Positions 48,904 to 58,930 are shown, counted from the first letter of the stretch. The stretch: DNA of 64,000 nt from Polyangiaceae bacterium (GCA_044222475.1 JBGANF010000030.1:1-64000); one strand, 5' to 3'. Made by a program: numbers and translations. The notes: generated from the sequence alone by a model not told the origin.

Positions 48904-48950
48904 TGCGCTGGAGGCTCCATTCGGGTGCGACGATCGCGTCGATCGTCGAC

Positions 48951-49541
48951 GTGCTGCGAGAGTGGCGAACGTACCGCGAGTGGAAACCCACCGAGCTGGT
49001 CGCGTGGCAGCACCCGCCGTGCGATGCGTCGGGTCGTGCGCACGAAGGCACGGACATCGAGTACCGCTGGCGACCGGAGGGCCCGAAGGTCGTCCTGCGC
49101 CCGCTCGGCTCTGCGCGGAGGCACGCGGCGCTCTTGGAGGACGTTGGGTATCGGCTCGTCGGGCACGACTACGAGCGTCACTTCCCGCCGCAGCGGGATC
49201 CATGGTCGCACTTCGGGCGAGTGCTCGAGTCGATCCGGTGGAGCCACGTCGTGTTCAACGCGCAGCGACGGGTCGTGCACGGCGACCTGCGCTTCCTGTC
49301 CGACATCAGGTTCGATTGCGAGCACCGGCGCACCCCTGGGCGCCGAGTGTGGGTCGAGCTGAGCGCGCCGCTACCGCTCGACGCGCGACGCGCCATCCTG
49401 GACGAGCTGGGACCTTCCTACACGCCGAACACGAGCCCCCAAGGTTGGACGTTCGTCCACCGCTCGATGCGCACCGAGGCCGAGGTGCGAACGGTGCGGC
49501 GAGAGCTCGAACGCTGGATGCTGCGAAGGCGGGGTCGGTGA
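48951..49541 (+). CDS. Hypothetical protein
   Basis: Open frame with plausible composition filling the gap; start could be 48903 or 48951. Confidence 0.45.
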   Translation: MLREWRTYREWKPTELVAWQHPPCDASGRAHEGTDIEYRWRPEGPKVVLRPLGSARRHAALLEDVGYRLVGHDYERHFPPQRDPWSHFGRVLESIRWSHVVFNAQRRVVHGDLRFLSDIRFDCEHRRTPGRRVWVELSAPLPLDARRAILDELGPSYTPNTSPQGWTFVHRSMRTEAEVRTVRRELERWMLRRRGR

Positions 49542-49545
49542 GACG

Positions 49546-49806
49546 CTAAGCGACGCGCGCCCGGCGCTGGTGGGTCACGGTGGCCTCCAGGAAGCTCATC
49601 AGCTCGCCCACCGTGTCGACCCGTCCCAGCTGTTCGACGGGTACCGCGACACCCGCGATGTCTTCGAGGTCGAGGGCGATCAAGACGAGCTCGAGCGGGG
49701 TGACGTCGAGGTCTCGCCCCAGGCGCTGGGATGCGAGGATCGACGCGGGGTGCCGGTTCAGGTGGTGGGCGAGGAGTCCGCGGACGACTTCGTTCACGTT
49801 GTGCAT
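49546..49806 (-). CDS. Acyl-carrier-protein-like protein lacking the phosphopantetheine Ser
   Basis: 'LGRDLDVTPLELVLIALDLED...VDTVGEL'; GAAGG RBS. Confidence 0.65.
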   Translation of the reverse strand: MHNVNEVVRGLLAHHLNRHPASILASQRLGRDLDVTPLELVLIALDLEDIAGVAVPVEQLGRVDTVGELMSFLEATVTHQRRARVA

Positions 49807-49938
49807 GGCTGTTCCTTCTCTCGGTGACTCCCCGGATTCCTGGGGACAGCACGCGAAGGTCGCCGTCGATTCCCATGGAAACGTTTGCCGACAATCGTCA
49901 TCGCGCGACGAATCGTCGCGCGCGGGGCGACCGCGTCG

Positions 49939-50028
49939 GCTTCCGCTTCCGCTTCCGCTTCCGCTTCCGCTTCCGCTTCCGCTTCCGCTTCCGCTTCCGC
50001 TTCCGCTTCCGAGTCCGAGTCCGAGTCC
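49939..50028 (+). repeat. Hexamer microsatellite (GCTTCC)12(GAGTCC)3
   Basis: Counted directly. Confidence 0.95.
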
Positions 50029-50084
50029 GTCCCAGTTTGGGACGTGTGATGCTTGGGACATCCTCCGGTCGCTAGTGCCTACCC

Positions 50085-50236
50085 TGCCTCGCTCGGCCGT
50101 TCGATCGTGCCACGGTGCTCGGCCGGTTCAAGGCCAAGCCGCCTTCGGCGGTGGCGCGCGAAGCGCGCGCCAGCCTTGAGCCGGCCTGCGCGCCGTGGCG
50201 AGGCGAACGTGCCTTCGCGCGGGTGCGCCGGGGGCA
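50085..50236 (+). ncRNA. Candidate structured RNA/ssDNA leader, copy 1
   Basis: Long stem 50098-50209 capped by a two-hairpin junction; compensatory changes relative to copy 2. Confidence 0.55.
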
Positions 50237-50249
50237 AAGGAGAACCACC

Positions 50250-50564
50250 ATGTTGCAGATTCAAGTGTTTGCTCTCGAAACCGTCCGCTCTTTGGCTCCC
50301 GTCGTCCGGGAGGTTTCGGCTCAGGACCCGGACTTGGGGCGCCAGCTTCGGCGCGCGGCCTCCAGCATCGTCCTCAACATCGCCGAGGGGCACGGCTCCC
50401 GGGACGGCGTCTCGCGGCAGCGCTTCCGCACGGCCCTCGGCTCCACTCGCGAAACCGCTGCCGCTCTCGAGCTCGCTGCAGCCTGGGGCTTCACCCGGCG
50501 CGACGAACGCATCGTCGACGCTCTCGACCGCATCGCAGCAACCCTGCATCGTCTCACGCACTGA
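50250..50564 (+). CDS. Four-helix-bundle protein (23S rRNA IVP/Avd-like), copy 1
   Basis: 'LGRQLRRAASSIVLNIAEG...RFRTALGSTRET' family signature; AAGGAG RBS; 104 aa. Confidence 0.9.
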   Translation: MLQIQVFALETVRSLAPVVREVSAQDPDLGRQLRRAASSIVLNIAEGHGSRDGVSRQRFRTALGSTRETAAALELAAAWGFTRRDERIVDALDRIAATLHRLTH

Positions 50565-50570
50565 AGGTTG

Positions 50571-50599
50571 GCGGGGCCCGCGCGGTGCGGGGGCCCCGC
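50571..50599. terminator. Hairpin between the convergent four-helix genes (possible bidirectional terminator)
   Basis: GCGGGGCCC...GGGCCCCGC; U-tracts weak. Confidence 0.55.
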
Positions 50600-50605
50600 T
50601 TCCTG

Positions 50606-50920
50606 TCACGCCGCCAACCGGTAGAGCGTTCCCGCGATGCGATCGAGCGCCGCGAGCACTTGCTCGTCCCGTTCGACGTAGCCCCATGCTGCCGCGAGCT
50701 CCAGGGCCGCCATCGTTTCCCTGGTGGAGCCGAAGGCGCTTCGGAAGCGCAGCCGCGAGTTGCCGTTCCGGTGTCCTGAGCCTTCCGCGATGTTGAGGAC
50801 GATGCTGGACGCCGCGCGCCGCAGCTGCCGCCCGAGGTCTGGATCCTGAGCGGTGATTTCCTTCACCGCGGGAGCCAACGACTGAACCGTATCGAGAGCG
50901 AAACCCTGAATTCTGAGCAT
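50606..50920 (-). CDS. Four-helix-bundle protein (23S rRNA IVP/Avd-like), copy 2
   Basis: Same signature; 104 aa; about 77/104 identical to copy 1 by manual alignment. Confidence 0.9.
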   Translation of the reverse strand: MLRIQGFALDTVQSLAPAVKEITAQDPDLGRQLRRAASSIVLNIAEGSGHRNGNSRLRFRSAFGSTRETMAALELAAAWGYVERDEQVLAALDRIAGTLYRLAA

Positions 50921-50932
50921 GGTGTTCTCCTT

Positions 50933-51083
50933 TGCCCCGGCGCACCTGCGCGAAGGCACGTTCGCCGCGCCATCGCGCGCAGGCGCTGTCAAGGCTGGCG
51001 CGCGCTTCGCGCGCCACCGCCGAAGGCGGCTTGGCCTTGATAGCGCCGAGCACGATGGCACGATCGAACGGCCGAGCGAGGCA
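50933..51083 (-). ncRNA. Candidate structured RNA/ssDNA leader, copy 2
   Basis: Inverted homolog of 50085-50236 with base pairing preserved. Confidence 0.55.
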
Positions 51084-51150
51084 CAGTAAGCACTGCGCGC
51101 CGGAGAGCGCCGCGAGTGCCTCATGTCCCACATTGGGACACCCGAGCTCC

Positions 51151-51234
51151 GCTTCCGCTTCCGCTTCCGCTTCCGCTTCCGCTTCCGCTTCCGCTTCCGC
51201 TTCCGCTTCCGCTTCCGACTCCGCTTCCGCTTCC
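51151..51234 (+). repeat. Hexamer microsatellite (GCTTCC)11 GACTCC (GCTTCC)2
   Basis: Counted directly. Confidence 0.95.
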
Positions 51235-51253
51235 GTGTCGTACACTCCCCGCG

Positions 51254-52405
51254 ATGGACGTCACGTCGCTCCCCGACTTCCGCCTCGAGGTCTTCCTCGG
51301 CAAATGGGAGTTCGCCGCCAAACATCACATGACCGCCTCCGACGCCGAGTCGACGACGGTGGGCGACCTCCTCGCCCTCGAACCAGGCTCCCGCGAGCGC
51401 CTCCTCGCGCTCGACCTGAAGTACGTCCCCACGTGGGGCACCGACGAGCTCCGCGCCGCCATCGCCGCCACCTACGAGACGATCGATCCGCGCGACGTCC
51501 TCGCGTTCGCCGGCGCCGAAGAGGCGCTCTTCTGGGCCATCGCCGAGGCCGTCGGCCCCGGTGACCACGCGATCGTGACCGTCCCGAACTACCAGTCCAT
51601 GGAGTCCGTCGCGCTCGCGACCGGCGCTCGCATCGAAGGCCTCGTTCTCCGCCCAGAGAACGCGTTCGTCCCCGACCCCGCCGAGCTCGTGCGCATGATC
51701 CGACCGACGACGAAGCTCGTCTGCCTGAATTTCCCCAACAACCCCACCGGGGCCGTCCCACGAAGGGACGTCTTCGTCGAGCTCGTCGCCGAGTGCGATC
51801 GCCGCGGCGTCCGCGTCTTCTCCGACGAGGTCTACCGAGGCCTCGAGCTCGATGCGTCGAAGACGTTGCCTCAAGCGGCCGACCTCTCCGAGCGAGCGCT
51901 CTCCCTGAACGTCACCTCCAAGTCGTACGGCCTCCCCGGGCTCCGTGTCGGTTGGCTCGCGACCCGCGACCGCGCGTTCCTCGATCGCGTCGAGCGGCGC
52001 AAGCACTACACGTCCATCTGCAATGCCGGCCCGAGCGAGCTGCTCGCCGCCATCGCGCTACGCAACGCCCACCCCCTCCAATCCCGCTGCCGCGAGCTCC
52101 TCCGAGCCAACGTCGCGGTGGCGACCGAGTTCTTCCGCGAGCACCGCGCGCTGTTCGAGTTCTCGCCCCCCGCGGGTGGCTGCGTGTGCTTCCCGCGGTA
52201 CCTCGGCGACGAGGGCGTCGAGGTCTTCGTCGAGCAGCTCCTCCACCGCGAGGGCGTCGTGCTCCTCCCTGCGAGCCTGTACCAGTCCCAACTTGGTACC
52301 GTCCCGGCAGACCGCTTTCGCCTCGGTCTCGGGCGCAAGGGCGTCGCGGACGGATTCGCGGCGATCGCGCGCCACCTGGCGAGCCGCGGCAGTCCGCGCG
52401 CCTGA
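51254..52405 (+). CDS. Aminotransferase class I/II (PLP-dependent)
   Basis: 'NFPNNPTG', 'FSDEVYRGL', 'TSKSYGLPGLRVGW'. Confidence 0.9.
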   Translation: MDVTSLPDFRLEVFLGKWEFAAKHHMTASDAESTTVGDLLALEPGSRERLLALDLKYVPTWGTDELRAAIAATYETIDPRDVLAFAGAEEALFWAIAEAVGPGDHAIVTVPNYQSMESVALATGARIEGLVLRPENAFVPDPAELVRMIRPTTKLVCLNFPNNPTGAVPRRDVFVELVAECDRRGVRVFSDEVYRGLELDASKTLPQAADLSERALSLNVTSKSYGLPGLRVGWLATRDRAFLDRVERRKHYTSICNAGPSELLAAIALRNAHPLQSRCRELLRANVAVATEFFREHRALFEFSPPAGGCVCFPRYLGDEGVEVFVEQLLHREGVVLLPASLYQSQLGTVPADRFRLGLGRKGVADGFAAIARHLASRGSPRA

Positions 52406-52867
52406 TCAGCGCAACGACCGCACGAACGGTGCGACCCACGCCGCGCACGCGTCCGCGTCACCGTCGGCGCAGGGGCCGTTCTTCGTCCCCGGCTCGAGCA
52501 TCGCGGACGTGACCCGACCGTCGGCGTCGACGCCCCGGAACGCGTGCCAAAAGCCGCGCGCTCCCGACGTCTCCAGGGTCGCGCCGTCGACCTCGATCAC
52601 CCAGGTCCCTCGGAGCGCGCCGCGCATCGGCGGCGTGTCACGCAGCGCGACGAGCTCGGCGCTCGCCATCGTGTAGGGAGCGCTGAAGTAGATCACCGGC
52701 ACGAGCCCGCGCGCCCGCGCCCCTCGCGCCGAGGCCGCGACGACCGCATCGACGTCGACGCGGCTCCCGTCGACGACTTGCCATCGCGAAGAGGGCGGGC
52801 TCTCGTCCGGAACCCGCTCGTCGCGCCCGCACGACGCGAGGAAGAGCACCGCCATCGCGAACCGCAT
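52406..52867 (-). CDS. Hypothetical lipoprotein
   Basis: Lipobox 'FLASC'; weak thioredoxin-like 'PVIYFSAPY'. Confidence 0.5.
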   Translation of the reverse strand: MRFAMAVLFLASCGRDERVPDESPPSSRWQVVDGSRVDVDAVVAASARGARARGLVPVIYFSAPYTMASAELVALRDTPPMRGALRGTWVIEVDGATLETSGARGFWHAFRGVDADGRVTSAMLEPGTKNGPCADGDADACAAWVAPFVRSLR

Positions 52868-52912
52868 GCCCTGCCCAACCCGGCTCTCGCCGGGTTGCTT
52901 CCCGACACGCGA

Positions 52913-53650
52913 TCACGGCGCAGGGTGACAACGCACGCCGTCGAGCACGCAGGCCTTCGGCGGCGGCGGAATCAGAGGAGGGACCGACGTCGGCGGGCAC
53001 ACGACGCCCTTCGGAAACAATCGCGCGGCCGTGCAGCGCTTGGCCACGCGGGGAGCGCACACGTCGGGCTCGACCGAGGCGAGAGTCCCTCGCGGCGCGC
53101 TCGTCGCGTCGTAGACGTACCAGCCGTCTTGCGCGTTCCCGGTCACGAGCGCGCACCCTGCCCACGCTCCGCACACCAGTGCCGGCAGGCACCGCTGCTC
53201 GTCGGCGACGAACCCAGGTCCGCCGTCGGCGCCTTCCCACGTGGCCTCGCACCGCCCCGTCCGACAGATGGCGTGCGTCGGCCCCATCGGGCACGCGAGC
53301 GCAGGGCAATCACCCTGGGGTCGCGCACCGCAGAAGAGCTGGAGCTCGGCGTACCAAGCCCGCGTGCCCGGCGTCGTCCCGCACGCCGCGCAGCAGACGT
53401 TCTTGCCCGAGACCTCGACGCGCGCGACCGCACACTCGTCGTCGCGGGTGCACGCGCGAGCGACCGGCGGGGGTCCGGCCGACGCGTCCGGCAGGGCGGC
53501 TGGCGCGACGGGAGCCGCCGCTTCCACCGTCACGCCAGCGTCCGCGATCGCGGTCGGCGTCGCCGCCTCCCGCGCCTCGGGGGTCGCGTTGGGGGCGCGA
53601 CACGCCAGGAGAACGGCTGCACAAGCGGCCCATGGAAGACGTTTCGCCAT
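52913..53650 (-). CDS. Cys-rich lipoprotein
   Basis: Lipobox 'VLLAC'; 'ACTRDDECAV...CCAAC...CPALAC'. Confidence 0.65.
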   Translation of the reverse strand: MAKRLPWAACAAVLLACRAPNATPEAREAATPTAIADAGVTVEAAAPVAPAALPDASAGPPPVARACTRDDECAVARVEVSGKNVCCAACGTTPGTRAWYAELQLFCGARPQGDCPALACPMGPTHAICRTGRCEATWEGADGGPGFVADEQRCLPALVCGAWAGCALVTGNAQDGWYVYDATSAPRGTLASVEPDVCAPRVAKRCTAARLFPKGVVCPPTSVPPLIPPPPKACVLDGVRCHPAP

Positions 53651-53709
53651 GACTACGGAAAAGCGTACCCCATCCGTAATGCCCGGCGGGGGCCTGCGTC
53701 TGCTGGGAC

Positions 53710-55077
53710 ATGAACCCCCACTGCTCCACTCACCTCGCCGCCCCGTCCACCTCCACCCTCGCCCAGGACCTCGCCGCGCTGCACCGCGCGAAGAGCGGTC
53801 CGGCGCCCAAGCCCTCGCTCCGCGCACCGCAGGAGGTCCGCTTCGAGCTCGAGGCTCGCGAGACCCAGTGGGAGATCTCCCCTGGGACGTCGGTCTCGGC
53901 GTGGGGCTACCAGGGCTCGGTGCCCGGTCCGATCCTCGTCGGCCACGTGGGCGACGTCCTCGTCGTGCGTCTCACGAACCACCTCCCCGAGCCGACGCTG
54001 ATTCACTGGCACGGGCTCCGAATCCCGGCCGCCATGGATGGTACCGAATCGGTACAGAGGCTCGTGCAACCGGGCGAGACCTTCGAGTACCGCTTCACGC
54101 TGCCGGACGCCGGCACGTTCTGGTACCACTCGCACGCGAACGAGACGGTGCAGATGGAGCGAGGGCTCTATGGCGCGCTCGTCGTCCTCGGGCCGGACGA
54201 GCCGACGTTCGACGCCGATCGCGTCCTCATGCTCGACGACCTGAAGCTCGATGGCAGCGGCCAGATCGCGAAGCCCTGGCTCTTCGATCGCCACACCGGG
54301 CGCGAGGGCGACATCACGTTGATCAGCGGACGCAACGAGCCGGAGCTCGTGCTCCCCGCCGGCCACGTCGAACGCTGGCGCATCGTGAACGCGAGCAACG
54401 CCCGCTACGTGAGGCTCTCTCTCGGAGGGCGACCGTTCCGCATCATCGGGAGCGACGGCGGTCTGCGATCGTCCGAGGTCACCACGACCGAGACCCTGCT
54501 CACGCCTGGCGATCGCGTCGAGATCGTCGTCGGTCCGTTCGACGACGAAGGCAGCGTCATCGCCATCGAGTCGCTCCCCTACCGGCGCACCGCGATGAAA
54601 CGCCCGCGTCGCGTCTCCTTCGGTACCCTGCGCATCGGCCCCCGCGAGCCGTCGCGCGCCGCCATCCCGGTCGGCTTCGACTCGATCGAGCCGCTGGTCA
54701 CCGGCGACGTGATCCCGAACCGCACGATCCGGCTCGGCGCGAAGATGACGTTCCACGGTCACGACTGGCTCATCAACGGCGAGCAACACCATCAGGATGC
54801 GCCGGTGAAGGTCGGCGAGCTCCAGGTCTGGGAGATCGTCAACGACACGGGCATGGACCACCCGTTCCACCTGCACGGCTTCTTCTTCCAGGTCGTGGCG
54901 GTGGACGGAGTCGCGACCACGCCGCAGTCGTGGGAGGACACGGTGAACGTCGTCGGCAAGGGCCGCGTCACGATCGCGTTCCGCGCCGACGACCGCCCCG
55001 GCCAGTGGATGTACCACTGCCACATCCTCGAGCATCACGCGGCGGGCATGATGGCGCACTTCGAGGTCGTGCGCTGA
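53710..55077 (+). CDS. Multicopper oxidase
   Basis: All four copper motifs: HWHG, WYHSH, HPFHLHG, HCHILEHHAAGMM. Confidence 0.92.
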   Translation: MNPHCSTHLAAPSTSTLAQDLAALHRAKSGPAPKPSLRAPQEVRFELEARETQWEISPGTSVSAWGYQGSVPGPILVGHVGDVLVVRLTNHLPEPTLIHWHGLRIPAAMDGTESVQRLVQPGETFEYRFTLPDAGTFWYHSHANETVQMERGLYGALVVLGPDEPTFDADRVLMLDDLKLDGSGQIAKPWLFDRHTGREGDITLISGRNEPELVLPAGHVERWRIVNASNARYVRLSLGGRPFRIIGSDGGLRSSEVTTTETLLTPGDRVEIVVGPFDDEGSVIAIESLPYRRTAMKRPRRVSFGTLRIGPREPSRAAIPVGFDSIEPLVTGDVIPNRTIRLGAKMTFHGHDWLINGEQHHQDAPVKVGELQVWEIVNDTGMDHPFHLHGFFFQVVAVDGVATTPQSWEDTVNVVGKGRVTIAFRADDRPGQWMYHCHILEHHAAGMMAHFEVVR

Positions 55078-55145
55078 GTCGGGGGGTGACGTGTTCGTCG
55101 CAAATTGTCGCCGAGGTGAGCCCAAATCGGGACTATCGTCGGGGC

Positions 55146-55598
55146 ATGTCGGCTCACGTTCCCCGTCGCGTCTTCGCCGCTCCGTTCGTCGCCACCGTCA
55201 CCGTAGGTCTTGGGACGCTGGGCGCCGCTGCGTGCAACGGCGCGGGCGCGACGCCGCCCGCTCAGCAACCGGAGACGACCGCGAGCGCTGCTCCGTCGGC
55301 GACGACCTCGTCGGCGCCGGCCGATCCCCCGCTCGGCGCGGCCTCGTGGAAGGTCACGAAGGTGGGCTCCGAGTGCGAGGCGGACCGAGAGGTCGTCTGC
55401 AACACGAGCATGCCCTGCACGCCGCACCCGAAGAAGTACGCGTGCCCGCCCGAGGTCACCCGGTACCCCACGACCGTCGCCCGGAAGGCCGGCGCCACCG
55501 ACTGCACGGTACGCGTCGTGCCCGACATGAGCTGCCCGCCCAACGTGAACTGCAACCCGCCTCCGCCGCACGACGTGACCGTTCCGTGTCCTCCGTGA
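55146..55598 (+). CDS. Cys/Pro-rich lipoprotein
   Basis: Lipobox 'GAAAC'; 'CPPNVNCNPPPP'. Confidence 0.7.
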   Translation: MSAHVPRRVFAAPFVATVTVGLGTLGAAACNGAGATPPAQQPETTASAAPSATTSSAPADPPLGAASWKVTKVGSECEADREVVCNTSMPCTPHPKKYACPPEVTRYPTTVARKAGATDCTVRVVPDMSCPPNVNCNPPPPHDVTVPCPP

Positions 55599-56293
55599 CG
55601 CCAGCGCCGACGTCGCGCGTCCTCGGAGAGTGGCGCGCGCGCATCGCGGCCGAGTACACGTCGGCGACGATCACCCAGAGCCTCGTGCTGTGGCTCATGC
55701 AGGCGGCGGCTCCGCCCGATCTGATCGACGCCGGGCTCGTCATCGTGAGCGACGAGCTCGCCCATTCGCGGATGAGCCACGACGTCTACGTCGCCGCCGG
55801 GGGCACCGAGCCGCCGGTGCTCGATCGGGCGCGGCTCGGCCTCGTGCGCGAACGCGAATCGCTCGAAGACGACATCCTGTTCGCGTGCGTCCGCACCTTC
55901 TGCCTCGGCGAGACCATCGCGGTGCCCTTGTTTCGTCGCCTGCGCGAGCGGTGCACGGTGGACGTCGCGCGCGACGCGCTCGACCGCATCCTGCGCGACG
56001 AGGTGCGCCACCGCGACTTCGGGTGGGACCTCCTCGACTGGCGTTGCACCGTCGACGAGACGACGCCAGCGCAGGTGGCCGCGGCGCTTCCTGCGATGCT
56101 ACGTGACCTCGAGAAGAGCTACGGCGGTGGGAACCGCGTCGTCTCGTCGGACGACGGCGTCATGTCGGACGACGAGCGTGCGTGGGGCCTCGCGCCTCCG
56201 CGCGAGTACGCCGAGGGCCTCGAGCGCACCCTCGAAAAAGAGTACGCCCCGCGCTTCGAAGCACGGGGCGTACGCTGGAACCGCGTTGCCTGA
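55595..56293 (+). CDS. Ferritin-like diiron domain protein
   Basis: 'AEYTSA', 'DELAH', 'GETIA', 'DEVRH' ligand set; GTGA overlap. Confidence 0.8.
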   Translation: MTPAPTSRVLGEWRARIAAEYTSATITQSLVLWLMQAAAPPDLIDAGLVIVSDELAHSRMSHDVYVAAGGTEPPVLDRARLGLVRERESLEDDILFACVRTFCLGETIAVPLFRRLRERCTVDVARDALDRILRDEVRHRDFGWDLLDWRCTVDETTPAQVAAALPAMLRDLEKSYGGGNRVVSSDDGVMSDDERAWGLAPPREYAEGLERTLEKEYAPRFEARGVRWNRVA

Positions 56294-56296
56294 GGT

Positions 56297-57550
<1,254 letters not shown>

Positions 57551-57652
57551 GACCTTTCCTCCACTTTTCCGCGGTTGCAGTCTCCGGAGCGCCTCTCTCC
57601 TCGGTCTGCTGCGGTTCCCGATCCGTTTTTTTGCGTTCTCTAGCCGGCCTTC

Positions 57653-58930
57653 TCAGAAGGCCGCCTTGATCCATTCCCAGAACCGACCCTTCGATTGCGG
57701 GGCGATTTCCTTCTCCGAGATCTGCGACTTGAGCCGAATCATCGAGGGCGCCGCGCTGACGATCTCGCGCGAGCGGGACTCGACGATCGAGGCCGCGCCG
57801 AACTTCACCAGGCCGACGCCGGTGGAGTACTGCGGACCTTGTACCAACTGGGTAATCCCCTTGACCCCGACGGGGTAACCGATGCGGACCGGCATGCCGA
57901 GGATCTCTTCGGCGAACTCGGGCATCCCTTCGAGGAGGACCGCGCCACCGGTGAGGATCACGCCAGCCGAGAGCTGCTCGAGCAGGCCGGTGTCCTCGAT
58001 GCGCTTGCGGATCGCAGCGAACATCTCTTCGACGCGCGGCTCGATGATGTCGGACAGGACGCGGCGCGCGGTGCGGCGCGGGGAGTGCCCGCCGACGCCC
58101 GGCACCTCGATCTCCTCTTCGTCGCCGACCATGCGACCGAGCGCGCAACCGGAGTTGCGCTTGAGGCGGTCGGCCTCGGCCATCGGGGTGCGAAGCCCCG
58201 CGGCGACGTCGCTCGTGATGTTGTTGCCGCCGACCGGGATGACGCTCGTGTGCGCGATGCCGCCGTCGACGTAGAGCAGGATGTCCGTCGTGCCGCCGCC
58301 GATGTCGATGACCGCGGCGCCGATCTCTTTTTCGTCGTCGGAGAGGACCGCCTCGGCGCTCGCGAGCGGCTCGAGGACGACGTCGGCGACGGTGAGCCCG
58401 CAGCGCTCGGCGCAGCGGATTACGTTCTGGACGCAGCTCGTGGCCGCGGTGACGAGGTTCACCTTCGCGCCGAGGCGGACGCCGCTCATCCCGATCGGGT
58501 CGCGGATGCCGTCCTGCGCGTCGACGACGTACTCGCGCGGGAGCACGTGGAGGATCTGTCGGTCTGCGTCGACCGGGATCGCGCGCGCGCCTTCGAGCAC
58601 GCGCTCGACGTCGGCTCGGGTCACCTCGCCACCGGCGATCGCCGCGACGCCGTCCGACGTCTGCGACCGGATGTGGCTGCCGGCGACTCCGGCGTAGACG
58701 GTGCGAATCTCGACCCCCGCCATCGTCTGCGCGGCGTCGATCGCGTCTTTGATCGAACGCACGGTCCAGTCGATGTTGGACACGATGCCTTTGCGGAGGC
58801 CGCGACAGGGAACCGAGCCTACGCCGAGGATGGTGATGCCGTCCGCGTCGACTTCGCCGACGACGGCGCACACCTTGGTGGTGCCGATGTCGAGCCCGAC
58901 GACGATCTCGGATTCGGATTGGTGGGTCAT
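57653..58930 (-). CDS. ftsA: Cell division protein FtsA
   Basis: 'GLDIGTTKV', 'DIGGGTTD', 'VILTGG', amphipathic 'FWEWIKAAF'. Confidence 0.97.
   Translation of the reverse strand: MTHQSESEIVVGLDIGTTKVCAVVGEVDADGITILGVGSVPCRGLRKGIVSNIDWTVRSIKDAIDAAQTMAGVEIRTVYAGVAGSHIRSQTSDGVAAIAGGEVTRADVERVLEGARAIPVDADRQILHVLPREYVVDAQDGIRDPIGMSGVRLGAKVNLVTAATSCVQNVIRCAERCGLTVADVVLEPLASAEAVLSDDEKEIGAAVIDIGGGTTDILLYVDGGIAHTSVIPVGGNNITSDVAAGLRTPMAEADRLKRNSGCALGRMVGDEEEIEVPGVGGHSPRRTARRVLSDIIEPRVEEMFAAIRKRIEDTGLLEQLSAGVILTGGAVLLEGMPEFAEEILGMPVRIGYPVGVKGITQLVQGPQYSTGVGLVKFGAASIVESRSREIVSAAPSMIRLKSQISEKEIAPQSKGRFWEWIKAAF

Noticed and set aside
49939..51234. Complete diversity-generating retroelement
   Set aside because: Avd-like genes are present but no reverse transcriptase and no TR/VR pair with adenine-specific mismatches occur in the window.
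49939..51234. CRISPR array, or proteins with GS/EA/FR/LP dipeptide repeats
   Set aside because: These are simple hexamer tandem repeats with no spacers; the dipeptide ORFs are read-through translations upstream of better starts.
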